DNA of 64,000 nt. It comes from Oligoflexia bacterium (GTDB lineage: Bacteria; Bdellovibrionota; Bdellovibrionia; JABDDW01). The notes under the pieces are model-generated. The model made no database searches and was not told the DNA's origin. It was given only the letters and a program-made list of their open reading frames with translations. The translations under genes and the position numbers were made by a program. The stretch spans positions 33,647 through 97,646 of the forward strand of contig JADLCR010000014.1 in the NCBI GenBank assembly GCA_020847095.1, read 5' to 3'. Each line of letters starts with the position of its first letter. The first letter of the stretch is position 1. Positions 30,589 through 42,100 of the stretch are shown here, one piece after another.

Positions 30589-31443
30589 TTGCCCATGAGT
30601 CAGACTTCAAAAAGATCTGTTTTGATCACCGGAGCCTCAACAGGAATAGGTGCGGCCTGCGCCATTGAACTTTCAAAAAAGGGTTTTAGTGTCTTTGCGG
30701 GAGTGAGAAAAACTCAAGATGGCGAGGCCCTTCTGGCTCAGGCTAAAGATATTATCCCCATTATCTTAGACGTCGAAAAGCCCGATCAAATCAGCGATGC
30801 GGTTCGAACAGTTCAATCGAAGTGTGACGGCCTTGACGGCTTGGTTAATAATGCGGGAATTGTCGTTGCGGGCCCACTTGAATATCTGCCACCGGAAGAT
30901 TTGAAACGTCAGTTTAACATCAACGTTTTTGGGTTGATGGAAGTAACTCAAAAGTTTCTACCTTTATTGCGACTCAAAAAAGGTCGGATCATTAATATGA
31001 GTTCAGTTAGTGGACTAAGTTCGGCTCCATTTTTAGGTCCCTACTGTTCGTCGAAATTTGCCGTTGAAGCCCTGAGCGATGCACTTAGGCTTGAGCTTTT
31101 GCCTTTTGGAATTGAAGTGATCCTGATTGAACCGGGATCTATTAAGACCCCCATTTGGGATAAAACGGCCGAAGACTCAGAACAGATTTTAAAGCGCATG
31201 AGTCCTTTGGCTGAACAGCATTACGGTAAAGCATTTGCGGCCATGAGAAAGCTGGCGAACAAGCTTCGTGATACAGCCGCACCAGTATCAGAGGTCACCC
31301 GGGTGGTGGAACATGCTTTGACCGCGCCCACTCCATGCGTTCGCTACAAAGTTGGTTCTGGATATCGCATTCAACTATTAATTGAAAAACTTCCGACGCG
31401 GCTTCGCGATCGGATTTTGTATAACGGCATGCTTTCGCAATGA
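30589..31443 (+). CDS. short-chain dehydrogenase/reductase (SDR)
   Basis: TGASTGIG, NNAG, YCSSK catalytic motif. Confidence 0.8.
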   Translation: MPMSQTSKRSVLITGASTGIGAACAIELSKKGFSVFAGVRKTQDGEALLAQAKDIIPIILDVEKPDQISDAVRTVQSKCDGLDGLVNNAGIVVAGPLEYLPPEDLKRQFNINVFGLMEVTQKFLPLLRLKKGRIINMSSVSGLSSAPFLGPYCSSKFAVEALSDALRLELLPFGIEVILIEPGSIKTPIWDKTAEDSEQILKRMSPLAEQHYGKAFAAMRKLANKLRDTAAPVSEVTRVVEHALTAPTPCVRYKVGSGYRIQLLIEKLPTRLRDRILYNGMLSQ

Positions 31444-32141
31444 ACTTAGGAACAAGCATTTTTGAGGGAGTGCTCATCAACCGCTATAAACGGTTTTTGT
31501 CGGACATTAAACTTGATTCCGGCGAAACCATCACCGCCCATGTTGCCAATCCTGGATCAATGGAAGGGGTCAAAGACCCAGGCAGCCGAGTGCGACTGAC
31601 TAAAAGTTCTGATGCCAAAAGAAAACTTCCGTTTTCGCTAGAAATGGTGAGAACGACCAAAGGAACTTGGGTTGGGGTCAACACGTCGAGAACTAACAAG
31701 ATAGTTGAGGAAGCCTTTTTTAATAAGGTGATTCCTCACTGGTCTCGTTTTGAAAACCTCAAAGCTGAAGTTAAAATAAATGCGAAAACTCGGTTAGACT
31801 TTTGCTTGAGTGACAATCAGGATCGACTTCATTATGTCGAAGTTAAAAATGTATCGATGGCAAAACCTCCGTTAGCCATATTTCCCGATTCGGTAACGGT
31901 GAGGGGACAAAAACACCTTCAAGAGTTAATGGAACTTCAAAAGCAAGGGCACTCGACTGAAATATTATTTGTGGTGCAGCGAGAAGACTGCGACTCATTT
32001 TCTCCGGCTGATGATATTGATCCTGAATACGGACGGCTTTTGCGGATGGCCGCAAGCCAAGGAGTTAAAATCAGTTGTTGGACTTGCCGAATTCATCTCG
32101 ATTCAATAACGCTCGACGCGCCTATAAAGATTCAGCTCTGA
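31440..32141 (+). CDS. sfsA: sugar fermentation stimulation protein A homolog
   Basis: SfsA-family pattern (RYKRFLSDI, VANPGSMEG, VEVKNV) and length. Confidence 0.75.
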   Translation: MNLGTSIFEGVLINRYKRFLSDIKLDSGETITAHVANPGSMEGVKDPGSRVRLTKSSDAKRKLPFSLEMVRTTKGTWVGVNTSRTNKIVEEAFFNKVIPHWSRFENLKAEVKINAKTRLDFCLSDNQDRLHYVEVKNVSMAKPPLAIFPDSVTVRGQKHLQELMELQKQGHSTEILFVVQREDCDSFSPADDIDPEYGRLLRMAASQGVKISCWTCRIHLDSITLDAPIKIQL

Positions 32142-32412
32142 ATTGGTTAACCGACTTTGATCGGAACCTTTAGGGCATCAACTATGGGCTCTTGCAGATA
32201 GATACAAAGTCATTTTTCGAAGTTAATACAATTTTTGTTTATCCCCCGCTCAGAAATTTGAATTTCGTATCCAAGTGTATTCAATGAATCGATGCTGCAA
32301 GAGGATAGTTCGAAATCGGCCTGAACACGTTGGCACTTGCCTTGGTCGCCTCACCAGGGGTTAAAACCATTTGGTTTTGGACCTAGTGAAGGACTCATGA
32401 TATGTAAGCTCA

Positions 32413-33768
32413 ATGAAAAAATTGGTTTTTTCTCTCATTCTATATGCCATTCCTAGTCTATGCTCAGCTGCAACAGGAAGGGTATTTTCTGGAACTCCGC
32501 CAAATTGCAGTATCATTCTTGATGAACTTTCAGATCTCCCAAAAGGCGCTAAGCACCTTTCAAGCCCCTCCTTTAAAGTTTATAGCGTCACTGCAAAAGA
32601 TTTTAACCAAGGCAAACAACTAGCCAAAGCCAACCCATCTGGAAATTTTGATTATTTCCCCGGTAATCCTGAATTTGCGGAAGCTAATGCCTATTATCAT
32701 CTCAATAGATTTACAGACTTCATGAAGTCTTTGGGATTCAAGGGATTCTCTCATCAGGTTCCAGTGGCGGTCAATTTTAGGCCTAATCCAGGTGAGTTCC
32801 CTTTGGCAGGAGCTACGGATATAGGAGGCAAACCTGGTCTTTTCATTACAATTCAAAATGATATCAATCTTGCATTCGATATCGCAATCATCTCACATGA
32901 ATTGTTTCACATCATCCAAGGAACCATCACTCGAGTGCTGGATTTTCACTTTGATAAATTGGGCGCAAACAATTCTTCGTTGGCCATAGCAGAATCCACT
33001 GCAGACTACTTTGCTGCTTCTTACATAGGTAATCCAAATATTGGTGAATATGGAGCGAAGGCTATCCAGGCACCTTACTTAAGCACTCTGTTAAATGGGG
33101 CCCGCCATCCTATACACCGAATTGGCCAGAGCCATTTTGATGGGCAAGCTATTTCAGGGGCGCTATGGGAATTGAGATCAGTATATGGAGCCAAAATTGT
33201 CGATCTCACTGTGTTTCGATCCTTAGGCGACATTGAGCGTGAGTACGTGGAGGTCCTTAAGCCAAATAAAGAGATTTTTAGAATTTCACATTTTGCAAGA
33301 GCTGTCTTGCTTAACATTAAGAACCAAGTTGGGGAAAGTCGTTCTGAAATGGCGAAAGAAATTCTATTAGATCGCGGCCTATTGATGGACTCACGCATAG
33401 CTCCATTGTCGCCGAATAGAGAAAACGAGGTTTGGGTAAATGCAGCTGATCCTACTATTGGATATTCTTCTTCTTCGATTCAAATGAAATTTAGAGTCCC
33501 GCAAAACGCAGAAGACGCCGTCTTGAACCTTAGCCATGATGGAAATTCAAGTGATCTTAGCAAGGTGAAACTTTATTTGAAAGTTGATGAGCCTATTCTT
33601 TTTAACGAGGATGGATCAATTGCAAGTTTCACTCATGAATTTTCTGCTGCAGATATGATTATATTGAAGTCGCAATTACTTCAACTCAGAGGCAAAGAAA
33701 TCTTTATGTCATTTCTCAATACTGATAGTTCTGAACTCCAACTAACAGTGCAGCTTCATCTTAAATAA
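32413..33768 (+). CDS. secreted zinc metalloprotease (HExxH)
   Basis: Signal peptide. HELFH zincin motif in IISHELFHIIQG. Confidence 0.6.
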   Translation: MKKLVFSLILYAIPSLCSAATGRVFSGTPPNCSIILDELSDLPKGAKHLSSPSFKVYSVTAKDFNQGKQLAKANPSGNFDYFPGNPEFAEANAYYHLNRFTDFMKSLGFKGFSHQVPVAVNFRPNPGEFPLAGATDIGGKPGLFITIQNDINLAFDIAIISHELFHIIQGTITRVLDFHFDKLGANNSSLAIAESTADYFAASYIGNPNIGEYGAKAIQAPYLSTLLNGARHPIHRIGQSHFDGQAISGALWELRSVYGAKIVDLTVFRSLGDIEREYVEVLKPNKEIFRISHFARAVLLNIKNQVGESRSEMAKEILLDRGLLMDSRIAPLSPNRENEVWVNAADPTIGYSSSSIQMKFRVPQNAEDAVLNLSHDGNSSDLSKVKLYLKVDEPILFNEDGSIASFTHEFSAADMIILKSQLLQLRGKEIFMSFLNTDSSELQLTVQLHLK

Positions 33769-34150
33769 AGTTACTGCCAAAGAATCACTCATTTCATGAC
33801 CTGACAGAGCTTATAAATGCACGTTCCGAAAAAGTCTGCCTTTCGCAAAAGATACAAATCGCTTTGTCCATGAAGGCGTAGAATACATTGGCATTCTCGC
33901 ATCGAGCCGAGGGCAATGTACTAAAATTTTCTACGAATGCTTTCGATGATTCTCGAGTGCCCCTTCACCTTGGAAGGGGTCACGAGAAAATCGAGAAAGG
34001 ACGCCCCACTTGAAGCTCGATGCCTTGACTCCCTTTTCTTGGCACAGTTGCTGCTCTGTAAACCAAAGAAATGTTTGGCCTTTTTGAGCTCAAACTAAAG
34101 CGCAAAGGAAGTCGAAACATTTCAGGAATTTACACTTTGGAGGCCCAAAA

Positions 34151-34702
34151 ATGTCACTTCGAGCCTTGATTTTAATTTGTTTGGGATTTGGTCCTTCGTT
34201 GGCCACGGCCGCAACCTCCCAAGATTTCAAAACAGTCATGATGCTCGACGCGCTCGAAATGGAGCGCTTTGTAGCCGCCCAAATGCTGGCGGTTTCAAAA
34301 AATAGTGACGACCAAGCATTTGCCGCAAAAGCCTGTGAGATGGCCGAAATGGCCTTTTCGCATCCGAAATTCACCGAACGAGAAGCAGGACTTCGAGAAA
34401 TTCGATCGCGCGTAGGTGATGAATACCCCACAATTTTACGACGGGCTGCTCAAGAACTCTTAGCTCAGGCCAAAAGTGAAACTCCATCAGAGCAGGCTAC
34501 GGCCCTTGTCGCTTTAACGAACTTGGTCATCGAAGCCCGTGCTAATCAAACTGATGATTATTCTGACGTCATGAAAATGGTGGCCGAGGCCAATCTAGAG
34601 GTTTCTGAAGAAGCTCAAGACTTTGCTCGCTACCCGCTTAAAAAGCTTATATCCCCGAGCCTAGAGGCCAAACGCAGTCTGGGCGAGCCAGAAGAAGAAT
34701 AA
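34151..34702 (+). CDS. hypothetical secreted helical protein
   Basis: Signal peptide MSLRALILICLGFGPSLATA. Otherwise unassigned. Confidence 0.45.
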   Translation: MSLRALILICLGFGPSLATAATSQDFKTVMMLDALEMERFVAAQMLAVSKNSDDQAFAAKACEMAEMAFSHPKFTEREAGLREIRSRVGDEYPTILRRAAQELLAQAKSETPSEQATALVALTNLVIEARANQTDDYSDVMKMVAEANLEVSEEAQDFARYPLKKLISPSLEAKRSLGEPEEE

Positions 34703-34754
34703 CAATACCTAAATCCCTCGACAAAACAAGCCTTTATGGGTACAAAACCCGGGC

Positions 34755-37550
34755 ATGAAAAACAAAAAACCCGATCTTAAAGTTCTCGAAAAAATCGCAT
34801 GGCGCGCCCACTTTTTCGCCATGCAAATGATCGACATTGCCAATCACAAGCGACCAAAAGATCGCACTGACCCAAAAGTGGGCGGTCATCCAGCGGCATG
34901 CGCTTCAGCGCTACACATTTTGGGCGCCCTCCATCTTTGGGTCAAAGGGCCGTTCGATCATATCGCTGTCAAACCTCACGCGAGCCCAGCTGATCATTCC
35001 TATAACTATTTGCTTAAAAATCTATTTAAGCCCGGAACAGTCGAACGCCTCGCTGAAGAAGAAATGAAAACGGCCATGCACGGTTTAAGAAAATTTTCTG
35101 AAAACGGTGAGCCGGTATTTCAAAGTTACCACTCGGGTTGGGACCCAGACGGACTCAACTTTTTTCCATCGGGAAGCGTCGGTATTCCGCCTGTGCAAGC
35201 GGTTTATTTGGCCCATGCTTATCGCTTTGCCGAAGAGCACGGTTACGATCTTCCAAAAGGAGCCCACTTCTGGTCGCTTATTGGAGATTCAGAGTTCCGC
35301 GAAGGTTCACTTTACGAAGCTATTCCAGATGCCGCCGAACGAGAAATTGGCAATCTCACTTGGATCGTTGATTACAATCGTCAGTCCCTTGACGGTCACC
35401 GCATCACCAATCGCAACATCATGCACGGTACCGACGATCAACGCATTGAACGCACCGCCACCGCTAATGGTTGGGAAGTGATTCAAGTGCGCCATGGGCG
35501 CTTGCGGCAAAATCTCTTTGAACTCAAAGATGGAAAGCTTTTTCAAGAAACTTTAGAAAACGGTTTTGACGATTACGAATTTCAAGGACTGTTGCGCTCT
35601 CGTGACCCTAAAGAAATCCGAGAATCTTTTTTGACAAAACAACCTCGACTCAAAACATTCTTGACCGGCCTGAAAGATCTAGACCTCGTGAAAGCCTTTT
35701 GCGATCTCGGTGGTCATGACATCGGCCTTGTCATTGAAGCACTCGAAAAATCAAAAATAAATAAGCGCACGCCGACTCTCGTTGTTTGTCATACGGTTAA
35801 GGGATGGGGTCTCGAGTGCATGGCCGTTAGCGGAAACCACAGCACACTCCCCGAAGAAGCCGAGATTAAAAAACTTCGCGAAGCCCAGGGCATCGATGAA
35901 ACCGATTTATTTAAACGATTCGATTCGGGAAGTGCTGAGGCCGATTTCTTAGACGCTCGCGGAAACGAGCTCCACGCTGGCTATAAAACCCAAAATCAAA
36001 TTAAAGAAAAAAATAAATCGAGATTTATCGAGCTCATTCAGTCTGAAGGTGGCTTGCCCGCCTCACTAAATATCAATCTCAAAATGGTTCCCATCGTGCA
36101 CACCCAATGGATGTTGGGGCAGCTCGTGGCCAAACTCAATCGCATTGCCAATACCTCTAAAGCTCAGGATCAGATCAAAACGGGTCAAAAAGCATTGGCC
36201 GAAGAGGAGCTCCGCTGGAAGACAACAAGCGAACTACTCCTCACGATGGCTCCAGACGTAGGAACCTCAACAAACTTGAACCCAGCCATGGACGGAAAGA
36301 TTTTTGGCCCTGAGGTTGTTGAAGATTTTGAATCGGCCTATCATGTGAAAGACGAAAAGAGCCCAGACATTGTTCCTGGCGAACAGGTATCTCACCGCCA
36401 TCTGCGTTTTGAAATTGCCGAAGGCAATGCCATGAGTTGCGTTGGATCGTACGGAAAAATGAGAGATATCACGGGCATTCCATTAGTCCCAGTTATGACC
36501 GTTTACGACTTTTTCATCAAACGTGCGCTCGATCAGCTTTTTTACAATCTTTACTGGGGAGCAAGTTTTATTTTAGTCGGCACACCAAGTGGAGTTTCTC
36601 TTTCTCCAGAGGGAGCTCAGCACGGCTGGAAAAGTGATATTCAAATCCCCAACCAAATCACCTGGGAGCCCATGTATGCTCTAGAGCTTGACTGGATTTT
36701 GTGTGAAAGCGTTCGTCGCCACGTTTTGTGCGACAATCAAGGTCGCTCTGGAGTTGTGATCCGCGCCGTTACTCGAGGCGTGGAGCAAAATGAATTGATA
36801 AAACGACTTCGCGCGCACACGCGCTTTAAATCCGATTCACAACTAGAAATCACTTCTCAAAAAGCTCCGATTGAAGGAAAGCCGTTAGAAACCGATGTGC
36901 CTTCGCTTCCGGATCAAGAAATCCTTGAGGCCACAAGACAAGATTGTTTGAACGGCGCTTACTTCCTGGTGGATTATCGCGGATATGCTGGATACGAACC
37001 CGGGGACAATGTCGTTAATATTTTTGCCATGGGAACAATGGGAACCGAAGCCCTCAAGGCCAGCGATTCTTTATTGGCAAAAGGAATTTATGCCAATGTC
37101 ATTATGGTTTCCTCTCCAGATCTCTTGATCGGAAATCTCGGCTATGAAACCGGTTTTCAGCACCTTAAGTCCCTTGGGCTCAACGGGGACTTGTATTTGA
37201 AGCATGACATGAATGGAAACACCTCCACCGCCGACCTTGTTACACTCTCGGGTCGGCGCGTGCCTGTGGTGAGTGTTCATGACGGTGAACCAGGACTTTT
37301 AGATAATATTGGCAGCATCCTTGGTGTTAAACACGAAACACTAGCTGTCCGGCATCATTCCAAATCAGGCCGACCTGACGAAATTTATCGATATCACTCG
37401 ATCGACAGCGACTCGGTCATTGCGGCATGTGGAAAAGTGTTGGCTGAAACAGCTTTAGAAGGGGTGCATTTGTCGCCACAAACCGTTCAATTAGCGGCCC
37501 AAGTGGCCACGCGACCACCAATGACAACTTCGGAGCTCTGGCCCCATTGA
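34755..37550 (+). CDS. aceE: pyruvate dehydrogenase E1 component, homodimeric (AceE) type
   Basis: Blockwise similarity to AceE: GGHPAACAS (GGH), IGDSEFREGS (TPP-binding GDGE-like), VDYNRQSLDGHRIT, NGWEVIQV. About 930 aa. Confidence 0.8.
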   Translation: MKNKKPDLKVLEKIAWRAHFFAMQMIDIANHKRPKDRTDPKVGGHPAACASALHILGALHLWVKGPFDHIAVKPHASPADHSYNYLLKNLFKPGTVERLAEEEMKTAMHGLRKFSENGEPVFQSYHSGWDPDGLNFFPSGSVGIPPVQAVYLAHAYRFAEEHGYDLPKGAHFWSLIGDSEFREGSLYEAIPDAAEREIGNLTWIVDYNRQSLDGHRITNRNIMHGTDDQRIERTATANGWEVIQVRHGRLRQNLFELKDGKLFQETLENGFDDYEFQGLLRSRDPKEIRESFLTKQPRLKTFLTGLKDLDLVKAFCDLGGHDIGLVIEALEKSKINKRTPTLVVCHTVKGWGLECMAVSGNHSTLPEEAEIKKLREAQGIDETDLFKRFDSGSAEADFLDARGNELHAGYKTQNQIKEKNKSRFIELIQSEGGLPASLNINLKMVPIVHTQWMLGQLVAKLNRIANTSKAQDQIKTGQKALAEEELRWKTTSELLLTMAPDVGTSTNLNPAMDGKIFGPEVVEDFESAYHVKDEKSPDIVPGEQVSHRHLRFEIAEGNAMSCVGSYGKMRDITGIPLVPVMTVYDFFIKRALDQLFYNLYWGASFILVGTPSGVSLSPEGAQHGWKSDIQIPNQITWEPMYALELDWILCESVRRHVLCDNQGRSGVVIRAVTRGVEQNELIKRLRAHTRFKSDSQLEITSQKAPIEGKPLETDVPSLPDQEILEATRQDCLNGAYFLVDYRGYAGYEPGDNVVNIFAMGTMGTEALKASDSLLAKGIYANVIMVSSPDLLIGNLGYETGFQHLKSLGLNGDLYLKHDMNGNTSTADLVTLSGRRVPVVSVHDGEPGLLDNIGSILGVKHETLAVRHHSKSGRPDEIYRYHSIDSDSVIAACGKVLAETALEGVHLSPQTVQLAAQVATRPPMTTSELWPH

Positions 37551-38263
37551 TGCCAAAATTTGAAATTGATTTTCACCAGTGCCCTGCCCCTCAAGCCAAA
37601 GATCGTCCCCTTGTTTTGTTTGTGCACCACTACGGCGGTTCGCGCAAATCAATGAAACGCCATGTGGGACTCGTCAACGAACTGGGGTTTGATGCCGCAA
37701 CGTTTGATCTCACACAGAAATTTTATGGAACGCAAAAGCGTTGGAGCCTTCAGATTGACGAGGCCCTCAACTATTTTCCTGATCGCAAAAAGATTTTATT
37801 CGCATTTTCGGGCCCTAGCTCAAGCTCACTTCGCAGTGTCGCGCGAAGGTTTTTGAAAGGTATGAACGACGTTGTTGGGATTGTCTGCGATTCGGGACCC
37901 TTTATGGATGCGTGGTACTGCACCCGTATCATGCTTAGGGATGTCGAAGGATTGACAAACGCTTTACTGAGAGAGGCTATTCTTGCCGTCATGATGCTGC
38001 GCTGGGATTCTCGTCACCCAAAGCCAACCTTAAGAGCACTGAAGACTATTAAATCATTAAACCCTAACTTCCCTATACTATCTATTCAAGGTGCTAAAGA
38101 CCAAATTGTACCGCCATGGCAAATTCAACCGGTTTTCGCGCAGGCAGAACTTCAGCAGTACCAAGAACATGTGCTACCAGAAGCGGGGCACTTGAATGGA
38201 CTCAAAGTGAGCAAAGAAGCATACACGCAAATTGTAAAAAACTTTTTTCAGAGGTGGGCCTGA
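37550..38263 (+). CDS. alpha/beta-hydrolase-fold protein (hypothetical)
   Basis: ATG overlaps the aceE stop. VLFVHHYGGS oxyanion-like motif. Confidence 0.45.
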   Translation: MPKFEIDFHQCPAPQAKDRPLVLFVHHYGGSRKSMKRHVGLVNELGFDAATFDLTQKFYGTQKRWSLQIDEALNYFPDRKKILFAFSGPSSSSLRSVARRFLKGMNDVVGIVCDSGPFMDAWYCTRIMLRDVEGLTNALLREAILAVMMLRWDSRHPKPTLRALKTIKSLNPNFPILSIQGAKDQIVPPWQIQPVFAQAELQQYQEHVLPEAGHLNGLKVSKEAYTQIVKNFFQRWA

Positions 38264-38917
38264 TTGACTAATCGTCTTATTATTTTCGATCTAGATGGAA
38301 CTTTAGTCGACTCAGCTCCCGACATTCATGCCGCTGCGACAAACGCGATGATTGAGCACGGGCTTGAGCCTGTAAGCCTTGAAGAAATTGTGAGAAGCAT
38401 TGGAGACGGCTTGAAGGAGTTCGTTGCGCGAATCACAGGAGCCAAAGGGGAAGATCTAAAATTCGTAGACTCTTTAATGAGCTCTTTCACCCGTCACTAT
38501 GAAAACCTGATGTGCGACAAGACGGTTCTGTACCCAGGTGTGGTCGATTTTATTTCAAACTACCTGACTCAATCCCATCATCGGGTTGGCGTTGTAACAA
38601 ATAAACGCGAAGGGCCCGCACGAAAAATTCTAAGACACTTTGGGCACGAGAAAACATTTACTGAGATTTTTGGCGCCGATACGTTTGAAGTCAAAAAGCC
38701 CCACCCTAAACCACTTATCGAAATGATGAAGCTCGCTGGAAGCACTCCAGAGACCACTTTGATGATTGGAGATAGTCGTCAAGACCTCGAGGCGGCCCAA
38801 GCTGCCGGCACTCATTTCGTGGCCGTTAGCTTTGGGTATAACTCCGAAGAAAAGTTGCGCCAGCTAGGGGCAAAGAAGTTTATCCACCATTATTCCGAGC
38901 TTCACCGGTACTGGTGA
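38264..38917 (+). CDS. HAD-superfamily phosphatase (phosphoglycolate phosphatase-like)
   Basis: IIFDLDGTLVDS (DxDGT), VVTNK, MIGDSRQDLEAA motifs. Confidence 0.8.
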   Translation: MTNRLIIFDLDGTLVDSAPDIHAAATNAMIEHGLEPVSLEEIVRSIGDGLKEFVARITGAKGEDLKFVDSLMSSFTRHYENLMCDKTVLYPGVVDFISNYLTQSHHRVGVVTNKREGPARKILRHFGHEKTFTEIFGADTFEVKKPHPKPLIEMMKLAGSTPETTLMIGDSRQDLEAAQAAGTHFVAVSFGYNSEEKLRQLGAKKFIHHYSELHRYW

Positions 38918-39117
38918 TCATCAAAACTCATTGAAAAAACCTCGTACAGTTACTGACATTTTTAGGCCTGGGGCCCTGCGTAACCTCCAGAATTTCCTCA
39001 AGAATTCTCAAATTCAATCTATTCGATCTAATTCTTTTTATAGACGATCCTAAGTTTTGCGGCTCCGATTAAATGGCTTGGGAATTGAACTTCTGACCTT
39101 GCGGACGAGAGGACGAA

Positions 39118-42100
39118 GTGCAGGTTTCAGTGAAGGGTAAATTTCTGCGGCTATTATTGACCGTCACCTTAGTGACCGGTCTGTGGCCTCAAACTATTTA
39201 CGCCGATAGTAGTTCTGATTACGGACTTCCCAATCCAATCAACACGACTGAAGAAAATCCAGAACTCCGCGCTGTTCAAAAGCAAACAGAAGAAAAAATC
39301 GCCGATCTCACCGAAGCTGGCCCACGCGATCTTCCGGCGGTTCCAAGCGATGTCTTTCGATTGGCCGGCCAAAAAGTTGTTATTGAGAGGGCAGGACAAA
39401 TTGTAGAAACCTATGCTCTCGACGACGTTAACGTTAATTTGCCTCTTGTTCCATTTGACCCAAAGTCTATTCGCATTGAAGTTGATGCAAGCAAGCGCAA
39501 TTTCGCCATCGTCAGTGACCTTAGTGGCAAAGAGGTCATGGGTCATTTCACCGAACATTTTCGAAAAGCTGTTTTAGGCCAAGGCATCGCACGCCACATT
39601 TTTAACGGTATTGTTCCTTTGGCCTACACCTGGGATAACGAACTCTTGATCGTCATCGACCAGAATCGAAAGATATTTGCCATCGACATGGGATTCGCGT
39701 CTCTGGGAAATGCAGCATTTCGTTCGGCCATTCCGGTGGTCCAAGTGGGAGAGCTTCCAAAAACAGTCAAACCGAATGCACAGATTAGCGCCACATTTCT
39801 TACCCGCGGCTTAAAACCCTTTGCCCCCGTACCGACTTCCAAAGAAGCGATCATGCCCCAAGATCTTCCGGAGTCAGAAATCTACAAAGCCGGGCAGCTC
39901 GTGGTTTATGAAGCAAGCCCAGAGGGTCGATCGATTGTCGGCATCTATGACCGCGGCGTGATTGCCCAATATGTCATTGCGGGTCTTCTTATGGTCATGT
40001 GGCAAGCCTATATTGTGGCTCCAAGAGATGAAGCGCCCGATCTTTTTAAAATTATTGAAACCTTGCTAAAAGACACTCGACTCCATCCCAAAGACACACT
40101 CATGGCCGATCAGTTGGATTTGCCCACCTCAAAAGCCCTGGCGGCTTATTCAGCGGAACAAGTCACCGCTCTCGGTGTCCGCATTCAAGCCCTTGCTCGA
40201 TCCGCGAGAGACCAGAAGGATCGATTTACTTTAGAAGAATGGTGGAAAACTTTCTTAGAGTTGCGAGAAGAAGCGGCCAAGTCCCTTGAAAAAACCCCAG
40301 ATGCGGAATTGAAAAACGACTATTTAGCCGATGACCTCGGAAGATCGAATCGCGAACTTTTGGAATCAGCAAAACAAAATAAAATGGCCGAAGCGCAGAG
40401 GGATCAGATGGAGCGAGAGGCAGGAATCGTGCGCCGCTCGGTTTATCGCGTGATGAACTCGCGAGCCATGCGCATTCTGGCCGCTCTTGCTGCCGGTGGT
40501 GCTTTAGCTAAAGCGGCTTCAAGTCTTATGGCTGACACGGGTCCTGCCTGGGGCCGTCATTTGGGCGATTGGATTTACTCGAAACTGCCTGAAGTGCTAA
40601 AAACTCCCGCCACCGATGGATATCCGGCTTACCGAGTTACTCTTTTAAAACACATGATTGCCATGAGCCTCATGGTGCAGTTTGCAAAACTCATGGCCGT
40701 GATGTCAGCGCCTCACCTCAAATGGGACTTTCGAAAAAAAGGCGCGGTGTTTGCGATGCGTGTTTCGTCTTTGCTTCAATTTCCCGATCTTCACGTTTTT
40801 GCGAAGGCGGCCATGCAACCAAATTTTCTGGCCTCAATAAAAGCCGGAATTAATCCCGTCGGAAGAATCAAGGCCGACTCCCCAGTTGGCAGGCGCCTAG
40901 GCCTGACTCGCGATCTTCGCGCGCCGGGGCTCTCTAACCCATTTTCTTCGGCAAGACATGAAACCAATTACCTCAAGCACCAGGCGCTATCGGCTGTCGC
41001 CCAAGATCGACTCACCGCCACTCGTAACGCCGGCCTATTGGCACTTAGAGTCGCCAGCGAAAGATACAAAACCGATTTGCCAACGCTTTTAATGGTGGCA
41101 GATGCGATTCAGCGCAAAGAAAACGAACTTCGTCAGACAGGCGACACCGTTAAACCTGAAGTCATTGAACAGGCCCTGAGAAAAACCGCCGAAGAAACAG
41201 TTTCTCATCCAGACTTTTACGGACTTTGGTGTGCAACGGCTCTTGAACTGCTGCCGATTTTAACAAACGATCCAAAAGCTTTGGATCCAAAATTTAATGA
41301 ACTCAACAACCCGGATTTTCAAAAATATATCGTCATCGCGAGAGAAGCGGCCGAGCGAGTGGAACAGGCTAAGAAAAAAAATCCGCTTTTGACAAAATTG
41401 AGAACGAAGTTTCGCATGATGCTCAACCAGGGATTGCGATCTTTCGTCGATTTCGGCTATCGAGAATCGATTCAGCTCGCCTCCGCAATTCCTGGGCGAT
41501 TTGTTTACCAACAAGCCTGGCGATCATTCATGGTCGACTTTCATCTCACGGTTATGACCGAATCCTTATTTGGAACTAGAGCCAATCCTAACGAACCTGA
41601 AAAACTTGTGGCCGATCCCCGTTGGACTCACATGTACACGAGCAGCCTTCAAATGGCCGATAAATTCAACATGTGGAGAAGCTACCTCATCACAAATCCT
41701 GCCGCCCTTCATATCATGTATGCCAGAGATCAAGCGGGACGCGAAAATCGGTATCGACCAGTTGAAGAGATCACTCTAACAAGCACCATGCGCCCCGAAA
41801 GTTTTGTCCAAGGGGTTTGGAATTGGCTAAAAGACGTTTCAAATCTTAGCGAAAACGACTTTGGAAACCTGTTTATAAGATCTTTTAAAAACAAATGGCG
41901 AACGTGGAGAACCCCGTTTTTGTTTTTCCTCCTGTTTCGCACTCTTCATGGCCAACCTACCGGTGAAATTGTCCATCAGTTTTTAGTATTTAACGTTGCG
42001 GCTGGAATGACTTATGGTTGGCTCTCACTTTTAGGAGAACTAGGAAATCGCGGCTACATGGATCGATTCGACTCGAGAAATCGAGCCTTCATGGCATCTA

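Noticed and set aside
33960-33979. CCCCTTC-accttg-GAAGGGG hairpin in the 382-bp spacer after the metalloprotease gene
   Set aside because: No adjacent U-run on either strand, so not a convincing intrinsic terminator. It might belong to an sRNA but there is no further evidence.
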